From an uncultured Bifidobacteriaceae bacterium (GTDB lineage Bacteria > Acidobacteriota > Vicinamibacteria > Vicinamibacterales > UBA2999): a DNA stretch of 64,000 nucleotides. The position numbers and the translations under genes were made by a program. The notes beneath the pieces were generated by a model, which did not search any database, was not told the origin of the DNA, and saw only the letters and a program-made list of their open reading frames with translations. Positions 1 through 7,944 of this stretch are shown here, in pieces (the stretch's first letter is position 1; the number at the start of each line of letters is the position of its first letter). The stretch is taken from NCBI GenBank assembly GCA_964543955.1, contig CAZJBN010000006.1:3949-67948 (forward strand), written 5' to 3'.

Positions 1-1237
1 TCTGGTACTCCTGGGGCTCCCGAACGTCGACGAGCACGAGTTTGTCGCCGCGGTCGAGCGCGGCCTTCAGTTCCAGCGGGCTGAGGTCATTTGACATGGC
101 AGAAACGGTATCGGTTTCGGGTGTCTGAGGGCCAGCCCCGGGTACACCACAGAACTGGTCGTAGTCGATGAGCTCGCGGACGGTCGGGTGATCGCCGCAG
201 ACGGGGCACTCCGGGTCGCGACGAAGCGTCAGCTCGCGGAACCGCATCCGGAGCGCATCGTAGATGAGGAACCGGCCGATGAGCGGCTCGCCCTCCCCGA
301 CAATGAGCTTGATGGCTTCGGTGGCCTGGATGGTGCCGATGATGCCGGGCAGCACGCCAAGGACGCCGGCTTCCGCGCAGCTCGGAACGAGCCCCGGCGG
401 TGGCGGTTCGGGGTACAGGCAGCGGTAGCATGGACCGCCCTTCGTCGCGAAGACGGAGGCCTGACCCTCGAAACGGAAGATGCTGCCGTACGCGTTGGGC
501 TTGCCCAGCAGCACGCAGGCATCGTTCACGAGGTAGCGCGTCGGGAAGTTGTCGGTGCCGTCCAGGATGATGTCGTAGTCCCTGAAGATCTCGAGCGCGT
601 TGGCCGAGGTGAGCGCCGTCTCGTAGGTCTCGACGTGCACGTTCGGGTTGAGCGCGCTGATCGTGTCCCTGGCCGAGACGAGCTTCGGCTTCCCGATATC
701 GGGCGTCGTGTGCAGCAGCTGACGCTGCAGGTTGCTCAGGTCCACGACGTCGAAGTCGACGATCCCGATCGTTCCCACGCCCGCGGCGGCCAGGTACATG
801 GCGGCCGGCGAGCCCAGCCCGCCCGCGCCAATGCACAACACCCTGGCTGCCTTGAGCGCACGCTGGCCGTCCATACCGATCTCCGAGAGGATCAGGTGGC
901 GGCTGTAGCGCTTCACCTCCTCGGGCGACAGCTGCGGGAGCGGTGGCGCGCTCACCACGCCCGTGCCGCCGGCCACGGACGGAATGATGCTCACCACGTC
1001 ACCCGACTCGAGCGGCGTCTGGTCCTTCGCGAGATAGCGGATGTCTTCGTCGTTCACGTAGATGTTGACGAAGCTCCGGATCCTGCCTTCGGGCGTGAAG
1101 AGGTGATTCTCGAGCGGCGCGAACCTCGCGGTGAGATTCTGCAGCAGTTCCGCGATCGTCGCCCCTTCGACTTCGACCGCGTCGAGCTTGTCGGTGAAGG
1201 GCCGGAGTGGCGTGGGAATCAGGATCGTGATGGGCAT
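1..1237 (-). CDS. CysO/MoaD-type beta-grasp sulfur carrier fused in frame to MoeZ/MoeB-type adenylyltransferase with rhodanese domain (C-terminus beyond window edge)
   Basis: Hand translation of the minus strand from ATG 1237. It is absent from the ORF track because there is no stop inside the window. MPITILIPTPLRPFTDKLDAVEVEG...FVNIYVNDEDIRYLAKDQTPLESGDVVSIIPSVAGG (GG codons 965-970) continues without a stop into ...LSPEEVKRYSRHLILSEIGMDGQRALKAARVLCIGAGGLGSPAAMYLAAAGVGTIGIVDFDVVD (ThiF/MoeB fold). ECPVCGDHP follows, then the rhodanese start LSPLELKAALDRGDKLVLVDVREPQEYQ at position 1. Confidence 0.85.
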   Translation of the reverse strand, partial: MPITILIPTPLRPFTDKLDAVEVEGATIAELLQNLTARFAPLENHLFTPEGRIRSFVNIYVNDEDIRYLAKDQTPLESGDVVSIIPSVAGGTGVVSAPPLPQLSPEEVKRYSRHLILSEIGMDGQRALKAARVLCIGAGGLGSPAAMYLAAAGVGTIGIVDFDVVDLSNLQRQLLHTTPDIGKPKLVSARDTISALNPNVHVETYETALTSANALEIFRDYDIILDGTDNFPTRYLVNDACVLLGKPNAYGSIFRFEGQASVFATKGGPCYRCLYPEPPPPGLVPSCAEAGVLGVLPGIIGTIQATEAIKLIVGEGEPLIGRFLIYDALRMRFRELTLRRDPECPVCGDHPTVRELIDYDQFCGVPGAGPQTPETDTVSAMSNDLSPLELKAALDRGDKLVLVDVREPQEYQ

Positions 1238-1247
1238 GATGGGGTCC

Positions 1248-1697
1248 TCAGGGCTCAGGGCTCACGGCCTGGGAGTCCGGGCTCGCGACGGTCAACGGCT
1301 CCTCGTCGAAGGCCGAGCGATCGTCGCGCAGGCGCCAGGAGGTCATCTCGCTGGGCTCGCCCTTCCGGACCGAGACAATGACATAGGAGAAGACCGGCCA
1401 CGCATGGTCCAGGTCGTACTGCGATGGACGCGCGGGATGGTCGGGATGCGAATGGTAGAAGCCGAGGAGATCCAGTCCACGCTCCGTCGCACGACGCTCG
1501 GCCTGGCGGTAGTCGTCGGGCCGCACCAGGAACCGGCGCCGCGGGCCTTCGTCGGTGGTGTTCGGCAGGGGAAACGCGTCGCGTGCCGTGTCGTCGCCGC
1601 CGAGGAGCGCGCCGCAGCATTCGTGCGGGTACGCCTCGCGGCTGTGGGCGCCAACGGCCTCGGCGACTCCGGAGGTGAGATGGAGGCCGCTCGTCAC
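1248..1697 (-). CDS. mec: JAMM/MPN+ metallopeptidase (Mec-like)
   Basis: ORF 1248..1745(-) has HECCG ... GFYHSHPDHPARPSQYD, the E-x(n)-HxHx7Sx2D JAMM signature (codons 1413-1454). Start placed at GTG 1697 (V17 of the track ORF), which overlaps the cysM stop as GTGA. The 1745 start would overlap cysM by 52 nt. Confidence 0.85.
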   Translation of the reverse strand: MTSGLHLTSGVAEAVGAHSREAYPHECCGALLGGDDTARDAFPLPNTTDEGPRRRFLVRPDDYRQAERRATERGLDLLGFYHSHPDHPARPSQYDLDHAWPVFSYVIVSVRKGEPSEMTSWRLRDDRSAFDEEPLTVASPDSQAVSPEP

Positions 1698-2623
1698 GAC
1701 ACCTCCCAGAACGGCTCGGACAGGTAGCGCTCTCCCCCATCGCACAGCACGGTCACGACCACGGCGGGCGGCGTCACGGCTCGGAGCGCGGCCACGACGT
1801 TGGCCCCCGACGAGACGCCGACGAGCAGGCCTTCGTCCCGTGCGAGCCGGCGCGTCATCGCAATCGCGCTCTCGGTGTCGACCTGCACGTCCACGTCAGC
1901 GATCGAAGGATCGTAGATGGACGGCACGATGGCCGTCTCCATGTGCTTGAGCCCCTCGATGCCGTGGAGCGGAGCGTCCGGCTGCATCGCCACAAGGACG
2001 ACCGATGGCGCCAGCTGCCTCAGCCGTCGTCCTGCGCCGATGAACGTGCCGCTCGTCCCGAGCCCGGCGACGAAGTGCGTCACGCGTCCATCCGTCTGCT
2101 CGAACATCTCGACTCCGGTCGTGTCGTAGTGGGCACGCCAGTTGAACTCGTTGCTGTACTGATCCGCGTAGAAGTAGCGATCCGGATCCGCCTGATGGAG
2201 CCGCCTGGCCTCGCGGATCGCACCATCGGATCCGTCGAGCGGGTCGGTCAGAATCAGATCCACCCCGTACGCCCGCAGGATCTGCTTGCGTTCGCGCGTC
2301 ACGTTCTGCGGCACGCACAGCGCGACGGGGTAGCCGAGCGCGGCGCCCAGCATCGCGTACGCGATTCCCGTGTTGCCCGACGTCGCATCCAGGATCACCT
2401 TTCCGGGCCGAAGCTCCCCGCTCCGCATACCTTCGATGAGCATGCGCCGGGCCGGCCGGTCCTTGACGGACCCGCCGGGGTTGGTGAACTCGGCCTTCCC
2501 GTACAATTCGATGCCGGGAACGTCGCGTTCGATCCGCCCGAGCCGAATGAGGGGGGTCGCCCCCACCATTTCGAGGAGCGACGTGCCCTGCCGGGAACTG
2601 GTGTGAGAGGAGCACGGAGACAT
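1694..2623 (-). CDS. cysM: PLP-dependent cysteine synthase, CysM/CysK family
   Basis: ORF 1694..2641(-) has GGSVKDRPA (PLP lysine context), TSGNTGIAYA, GLGTSGTFIG and LIRLGRIE near the N-terminus. Start taken at ATG 2623 to avoid overlap with the divergent gene. ATG 2569 is also possible. Confidence 0.85.
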   Translation of the reverse strand: MSPCSSHTSSRQGTSLLEMVGATPLIRLGRIERDVPGIELYGKAEFTNPGGSVKDRPARRMLIEGMRSGELRPGKVILDATSGNTGIAYAMLGAALGYPVALCVPQNVTRERKQILRAYGVDLILTDPLDGSDGAIREARRLHQADPDRYFYADQYSNEFNWRAHYDTTGVEMFEQTDGRVTHFVAGLGTSGTFIGAGRRLRQLAPSVVLVAMQPDAPLHGIEGLKHMETAIVPSIYDPSIADVDVQVDTESAIAMTRRLARDEGLLVGVSSGANVVAALRAVTPPAVVVTVLCDGGERYLSEPFWEVS

Positions 2624-2642
2624 TGTGAGTGCAGCCCGCAAG

Positions 2643-3296
2643 ATGACTAGAAAATCACGCGCGCGGTCGGCAGGGCAAGGGAAAAGGGCCCCGGACTACG
2701 CGCGTGCCCGCCGCCACCTGGTCGGTGTGGACCCCACGATGGCCGCCCTGATCCGCCGGCTCGGACCGTGTCGCCTGGGCCACGGCATCTCCGGCGATCC
2801 ATTCACGGCGCTCATCAACTCCATCGCGTCGCAGCAACTCTCCGTCAAGGCGGCTGCCACGATCTTCGGCCGGGTCTGCGCGCTCTTCCCGGACGGCGTG
2901 CCGACGCCGGCGGGGCTTGCCCGTATCAGCGACGACGCCCTCCGCGCCGCCGGCTTCTCACGTCCGAAGATCCGCTACGTGCGCGATCTCAGCGAGCACA
3001 TCGAGGATGGCCGTCTCCACTTCGCGAGCCTCGCGTCGCTGAGCGACGAGGAAGCGACGAAGAGACTGACCGCTGTCAAGGGCATTGGCGTCTGGACAGC
3101 CGAGATCTTTCTCATGTTCCGACTCGGCCGTCTGGATATCCTGCCAGCGGACGACATCGGACTGCTGCGCGCAGCCAGGCAGGTGTACGGATTGAGGACG
3201 CGGCCGACGCCGGCTCGCCTGCGCCGCATGGGGGAGCTCTGGCGGCCGTACCGCTCCGTCGCCGCGTGGTATCTCTGGGCCAGTCTCGCTACTTGA
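2643..3296 (+). CDS. DNA-3-methyladenine glycosylase II-like (HhH-GPD superfamily)
   Basis: ORF 2625..3296(+) has a helix-hairpin-helix LTAVKGIGVWTAEIFLMF followed by LPADDIGLLRA (catalytic Asp context). Start moved to the in-frame ATG at 2643. Confidence 0.75.
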   Translation: MTRKSRARSAGQGKRAPDYARARRHLVGVDPTMAALIRRLGPCRLGHGISGDPFTALINSIASQQLSVKAAATIFGRVCALFPDGVPTPAGLARISDDALRAAGFSRPKIRYVRDLSEHIEDGRLHFASLASLSDEEATKRLTAVKGIGVWTAEIFLMFRLGRLDILPADDIGLLRAARQVYGLRTRPTPARLRRMGELWRPYRSVAAWYLWASLAT

Positions 3297-3993
3297 TCTC
3301 GGCGGTCACCGTGACGTGGGCGCGAATCTCGATCTCGCCCTCGGCGATGGGCGTCGACTGGACGGAGTCCGCGGCCGCACGCGCGAACATCGCCGCCTCG
3401 GGCCGGGCAAGGGCCACCGGGCCGGACTCAGCGATACGAATCACGCGTGCCACGGTGCGACCGGCGCCGCTCGCCGCAGCGTTCGCGCGTTCGAGGGCAT
3501 CCGCCACGGCGCGCCTGAGCGCCTCGCGCTCGCTCCGATCACGCTCCTTCAGGTCGAAACGCAGCCCCTGGATGGACGTGGCGCCCGAACCCACCGAGGC
3601 GTCCATCACCTCGCCGAGCCTGGCCAGATCATCGACGCGGACCTCGATCACGTTGCGGGCCAGGTACCCGCGAGGCGTCTGACGGCCCTCGTGGAAATCG
3701 AACTCCTGCTGGAGCGACACGGTCACGGTCCGGATCGCGTCCTTCGGGACCCCGCTCGACACGAGGCGTTGCTGCACGGCGGTCATCGCCTTGGCATTGC
3801 TGCCTTGCGCCTCTCGCGGGTCCTTGGCACGCGACTCGGCAGCGATCCGCACGAACGCCTGGTCGGGGGCCAACCGGACGATGCCTTCCCCCTGGGTCAC
3901 GACGACGGGCGGTTCCGGGGGCGTCTGTTCCTGCGCCAGTCCCGTCGTGGCCATGAAGCCTCCCGCGAATGCCAGAGCCAGTAGTGTTCGCAT
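3289..3993 (-). CDS. SIMPL/DUF541 family periplasmic protein
   Basis: ORF 3289..4122(-). Start set at ATG 3993, which gives the signal peptide MRTLLALAFAGGFMATTGLAQ. The body (VVVTQGEGIVRLAPDQAFVRIAAE...IAEGEIEIRAHVTVTAEIK) is typical of SIMPL proteins. Confidence 0.7.
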   Translation of the reverse strand: MRTLLALAFAGGFMATTGLAQEQTPPEPPVVVTQGEGIVRLAPDQAFVRIAAESRAKDPREAQGSNAKAMTAVQQRLVSSGVPKDAIRTVTVSLQQEFDFHEGRQTPRGYLARNVIEVRVDDLARLGEVMDASVGSGATSIQGLRFDLKERDRSEREALRRAVADALERANAAASGAGRTVARVIRIAESGPVALARPEAAMFARAAADSVQSTPIAEGEIEIRAHVTVTAEIK

Positions 3994-4081
3994 AATCCCT
4001 CTTAGCATAAGACGCGGGACCCGGGCGAAACGTCCGTTTCCCCTCCTTCCCTCCAGGCGGCTCGAAAGTATACTGCCGGGC

Positions 4082-5236
4082 ATGCGACTCGAGGTCTTTG
4101 CCATGGAGCGGATGCAGTCCACCTACGAGAACGAGGTGGACGTCAACCTGTCGGAGAGCGGCGTGCGCCCCTTGTCTCCGCGCGAGCTCCTCGCAGACGA
4201 CGCCGCCATCGCCGCGCTGCTGGACCAACCGCTCGTCTACACGCAATCGAACGGCACGGCGGACCTGCGTGCTGCCATCGCCTCGATGTACCCGGGCGCG
4301 ACGAGTGAGCACGTCGAAGTCACCAACGGCGGGTCCGAGGCCAACTACGTCTCGACCTGGCATCTCGTGGAGCCGGGCGACGAGGTGGTCATGCTCGTGC
4401 CGACGTACATGCAGACCTGGGGCCTGGCTCGTGCGTTTGGCGGGACGGTCCGCGAGTGGCGTCTGGTCGAGGACCAGGCGGCCGGGCGCTGGCGCGTCGA
4501 CACCGCGGTTCTCGATGCCCTCGTCGGTCGCCGGACGAAGCTCATCGTGCTCTGCAACCCCAACAACCCGACGGGCGCGCGTCTCACGGCTGCGGATCTC
4601 GACGCGGTCGCGCGCGCGGCGGATCGCGTCGGCGCCTGGGTGCTGTCGGATGAGATCTATCGCGGCGCCGAGCTCGATGGCGTCGAGACGCCGACGATGT
4701 GGGGCCGAAGCGATCGCGTTCTCGTCACGAGCGGGTTGTCGAAAGCGTACGGCCTGCCGGGCCTGCGCATCGGATGGATCGTCGGCCCGCCCGAGACGAT
4801 TGCGTCGTGCTGGTCGTACCACGACTACACGACCATCGCCCCCGGCGCGCTGAACGATCGGCTGGCGCGAGCGGCGCTCGACCCCGAACGGCGACAGTGG
4901 CTGCTCGAGCGCACGCGCCGCATCCTCGTCGCCAACCTGCCGATGCTCGAACGGTGGCTGAACGGCCATCCCGGCGCCTTCCAGTGGATACGGCCCGAGG
5001 CCGGCGCCATCCTCTTCGCCCGGTACCGGCACCGCATCAACTCCACGGCGCTCGTCAACCGCCTCCGCGACGAGAAGAGCGTGCTCATCGTGCCGGGTGA
5101 TCACTTCGGCATGGACGGCTACCTGCGCCTGGGCTTCGGCGAGCCGTCCGACTACATGATGCGCGGGCTCGATCGGGTCCACGACTTCCTCGCCGCGCTG
5201 CCGGATGCCGAACGGGCGCCGGCAACGGCCACATGA
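4082..5236 (+). CDS. class I/II PLP-dependent aminotransferase
   Basis: In-frame ATG 4082 within ORF 3791..5236(+): MRLEVFAMERMQSTYENEVDVNLSESG... It has NPNNPTG and SGLSKAYGLPGLRIGW (PLP-Lys motif). Confidence 0.85.
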   Translation: MRLEVFAMERMQSTYENEVDVNLSESGVRPLSPRELLADDAAIAALLDQPLVYTQSNGTADLRAAIASMYPGATSEHVEVTNGGSEANYVSTWHLVEPGDEVVMLVPTYMQTWGLARAFGGTVREWRLVEDQAAGRWRVDTAVLDALVGRRTKLIVLCNPNNPTGARLTAADLDAVARAADRVGAWVLSDEIYRGAELDGVETPTMWGRSDRVLVTSGLSKAYGLPGLRIGWIVGPPETIASCWSYHDYTTIAPGALNDRLARAALDPERRQWLLERTRRILVANLPMLERWLNGHPGAFQWIRPEAGAILFARYRHRINSTALVNRLRDEKSVLIVPGDHFGMDGYLRLGFGEPSDYMMRGLDRVHDFLAALPDAERAPATAT

Positions 5237-6306
5237 ACCGCCCGGAACTGCTGCTCGTCCTCATCGGCTTCGGACACGTCGCCCGACGATTCGTGCACCT
5301 CCTCGAGGCGATCGACGATCGCCTCGACTTCGACTGTCGCATCGTCGGCCTCGCGACGCGGAGTCATGGATCGGTCGTCGACCCGGACGGCATCGATTCG
5401 TCGCGCGCACTGGCGGTCATCGAAGCCGACCAGTCGCTCGCGCGGCTCGATCCGCACGGTGCCGAACGAAGCGGCATCGACGTCCTGAGGCAGGTGGCCG
5501 ACCTGATGGCCGACGAGGCGTCCGATGGACGGCTGGTGGCGGTCGAATCGACCGTGCTCGACATCGAAGGCGGCGAGCCGGCGGTGTCGCACGTGCGCGC
5601 GGCGCTCGAGGGCCAGCTGCACGTGGTAACAGTGAACAAGGGACCGGTGGCCTTCGCCCATCATGAGCTCGACACCCTCGCCAGCCACATGGACCGCGCG
5701 TTTCTGTTCGAAGGCACGGTCATGGACGGGGTGCCCGTCTTCAACCTCGTACGGGAGACGATGCCCGGTGTGACGATCCACGGCTTCCGCGGCGTGCTCA
5801 ACACGACCACCAACTTCATCCTGTCCGAGATCGAGCGCGGCCGCACATCCGACGCGGCCATCCGCGAGATGCAGGCTCGCGGGATCGCCGAGGCCGACCC
5901 TTCGCTCGACGTCGACGGATGGGACGCGGCCGCCAAGGTCGCGGCGCTCGTCAACGCACTCATGGGAGGCACCGTGACGCCGCACGACGTCCAGCGGACC
6001 AGCATCGCGGAGGTGACCGGAACCGACATGGCGGACGCCATCGCGAGAGGCCGGCGCATCCGCCTGGTGGCCTCCGCGACCCGGCACGCGAATGCCGTCA
6101 CCGCGCGTGTGGAACCGGAGGAGATCGATCTTCGCGATCCACTGGCCACACTCGACGCCACCGAGAACGCCCTCTACCTGCGCACAGACCTGCTGGGCGA
6201 AGTCGGCATCGTCCAGCGCGGGAGCGACGTCGGACAGACGGCATATGCGATCGTGAGCGACCTGGCGCGGATTGCCGCCCGGTCGCGGGAAGACACGGCG
6301 CGATGA
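5233..6306 (+). CDS. homoserine dehydrogenase family protein (no ACT domain)
   Basis: ORF 5233..6306(+) has N-terminal Rossmann LIGFGHVARRF, then VTVNKGPVA, LFEGTVMDGVPV and EADPSLDVDGWDAAAKVAAL. ATGA overlap with the upstream stop. Confidence 0.8.
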   Translation: MNRPELLLVLIGFGHVARRFVHLLEAIDDRLDFDCRIVGLATRSHGSVVDPDGIDSSRALAVIEADQSLARLDPHGAERSGIDVLRQVADLMADEASDGRLVAVESTVLDIEGGEPAVSHVRAALEGQLHVVTVNKGPVAFAHHELDTLASHMDRAFLFEGTVMDGVPVFNLVRETMPGVTIHGFRGVLNTTTNFILSEIERGRTSDAAIREMQARGIAEADPSLDVDGWDAAAKVAALVNALMGGTVTPHDVQRTSIAEVTGTDMADAIARGRRIRLVASATRHANAVTARVEPEEIDLRDPLATLDATENALYLRTDLLGEVGIVQRGSDVGQTAYAIVSDLARIAARSREDTAR

Positions 6307-7490
6307 GCGGTCCACTGTCAGGGTTGACGGTGGTCGACCTGTCGCGTGTGCTGTCGGGCCCCTACTGCACCATGGTCCTCGGCGACCTCGGCGCGCGCGT
6401 CATCAAGGTCGAGCACCCCGGCCGCGGAGACGACACCCGGCAATGGGGTCCGCCGTTCGTGGGGACCGAGTCCGCCTACTTCCTGAGCGTCAACCGGAAC
6501 AAGGAGAGCGTGACGGTCGACTTCAAGCATCCGCGCGGGCTCGAGGTGCTGTCGCGGCTCATCGCACGCGCCGATGTGCTCGTGGAGAACTTCAAGCCCG
6601 GGGCGCTCACTCGAGCGGGACTCGGCTGGGAGGCACTGCACGCTCGGCACCCGCGGTTGATCTACGCGTCCATCTCCGGCTATGGCCAGACGGGCCCGCG
6701 ACGGGACGAGCCCGGGTACGACGCCGTGATCCAGGCCGAGGGCGGGCTCATGAGCGTCACCGGCGACCGCGGCGGACCAGCATACCGGCTTGGGGTCGCG
6801 ATCTCCGATATCGTGGCCGGCCTCTTCGCGGTGCAGGGCATCCTCGCGGCCCTCTACTCACGGGAGCGGACCGGCGAAGGCCAGCGCGTGGACATCGGCA
6901 TGCTCGACGCGACGGCGGCGCTCCTGACGTACCAGACCGCCAATTTCTTCGCGACGGGAGTGACGCCCGTTCGGCTGGGCAACCGGCATCCGACCATTGC
7001 CCCGTACGAGACCTTCGAGACCTCCGACGGCGAGATGGTCATCGCGGTCGGCAACGATGCCATCTGGCGTCGACTCTGCCCGGTGCTCGGACTCGCGCAC
7101 CTGGCGTCCGATGCGAAGTTCGCGACCAATCGCGACCGGATGGCCCACTACGAGGCCTTGCGGACGGAGCTCGACGCCGCGTTCCGGCTGCGAACCCGGG
7201 CGGAGTGGATCGGGCGCCTGCGGACGGTCAGCGTGCCGTGCGGCGCCGTTCGCGACATCGGCGAGGTCGTCACCGATCCGCAGCTGGCCGACCGGGAGAT
7301 GATCGTCACGCTCATGCATCCCACGGCTGGCGCAACCAGGGTGATGGGGGTTCCCGTCAAGCTCTCGGCCACGCAGGGGGCGGTGCGGACGCCGCCTCCG
7401 ACTCTGGGACAGCACACCGACGCCGTACTCGGCGAACTGGAGTACGATCGCGAGATGATTTCGAGCCTCGAGGCCGACGGAGCGATCTGA
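6303..7490 (+). CDS. family III CoA-transferase (CaiB/BaiF type)
   Basis: ATG 6303 lies within ORF 5919..7490(+): MSGPLSGLTVVDLSRVLSGPYCTMVLGDLGARVIKVE..., and GYDAVIQAEGGLMSVTG (catalytic Asp context). ATGA overlap with the preceding stop. Confidence 0.85.
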   Translation: MSGPLSGLTVVDLSRVLSGPYCTMVLGDLGARVIKVEHPGRGDDTRQWGPPFVGTESAYFLSVNRNKESVTVDFKHPRGLEVLSRLIARADVLVENFKPGALTRAGLGWEALHARHPRLIYASISGYGQTGPRRDEPGYDAVIQAEGGLMSVTGDRGGPAYRLGVAISDIVAGLFAVQGILAALYSRERTGEGQRVDIGMLDATAALLTYQTANFFATGVTPVRLGNRHPTIAPYETFETSDGEMVIAVGNDAIWRRLCPVLGLAHLASDAKFATNRDRMAHYEALRTELDAAFRLRTRAEWIGRLRTVSVPCGAVRDIGEVVTDPQLADREMIVTLMHPTAGATRVMGVPVKLSATQGAVRTPPPTLGQHTDAVLGELEYDREMISSLEADGAI

Positions 7491-7491
7491 C

Positions 7492-7923
7492 GTGGCCGAC
7501 GCCGCCCTCATCCGCAAGCGCGTCCAGCGCGTGATGGAACACGCACGCCGCGAAGCCGTCGATCGGCGGGCCCGCGTCCAGGAGGCGCAACGCGCCTACG
7601 ACGAGTTCCTCCAGGCGCGCGCGATCCCGGCGTTCCGCGCCGTGGCCATGGTCCTCAAGTCCGAAGGGCAGCCGTGGGAGGTGATGACGCCGTCCGGCGA
7701 AGTCCGGATGAGCCCCGAGCGCCATCGCGACGACGCGATCCGGTTGTCGTTCGATCCCACCATCGAACCGCCGCAACCCATCGTGCGCGTAACGCGCGGC
7801 CGAGGCGGGCGCCTGCTGCAGTCGGAACGCCAGGTGAAGGACGGCGTTCCTGGATCGGACGGGCTCTCCGAGGACGACGTCGTGGACATGCTCCTCGACG
7901 AGATCCGCCCCTGGCTGGGCTGA
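7492..7923 (+). CDS. hypothetical protein (143 aa), last gene of the 4082-7923 operon
   Basis: ORF 7492..7923(+) has a GTG start 1 nt after the CoA-transferase stop. The translation looks protein-like, with an N-terminal helical/charged region. I recognise no family. Confidence 0.5.
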   Translation: MADAALIRKRVQRVMEHARREAVDRRARVQEAQRAYDEFLQARAIPAFRAVAMVLKSEGQPWEVMTPSGEVRMSPERHRDDAIRLSFDPTIEPPQPIVRVTRGRGGRLLQSERQVKDGVPGSDGLSEDDVVDMLLDEIRPWLG

Positions 7924-7939
7924 GGCCGGGGGGCCGGCC
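7924..7939. terminator. GC hairpin between convergent genes (GGCCGG-GGGG-CCGGCC)
   Basis: Perfect 6-bp stem with a 4-nt loop, immediately after the 7923 stop and before the 7945 stop of the convergent gene. There is no T-tract. Confidence 0.3.
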
Positions 7940-7944
7940 AGGCG

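Noticed and set aside
188-1381. Long ORFs antisense to or out of frame with recognised genes. Examples are 188..1381(+), 87..836(-), 3629..5182(-), 9899..12223(-), 9955..12540(+), 25491..27479(+), 29700..32552(-), 39838..41475(-) and 55717..58710(+).
   Set aside because: Their translations are Arg/Pro/Gly/Ala-rich low-complexity strings without motifs. They overlap frames with strong family signatures. This is typical shadow-ORF behaviour in high-GC DNA, where stop codons are rare.
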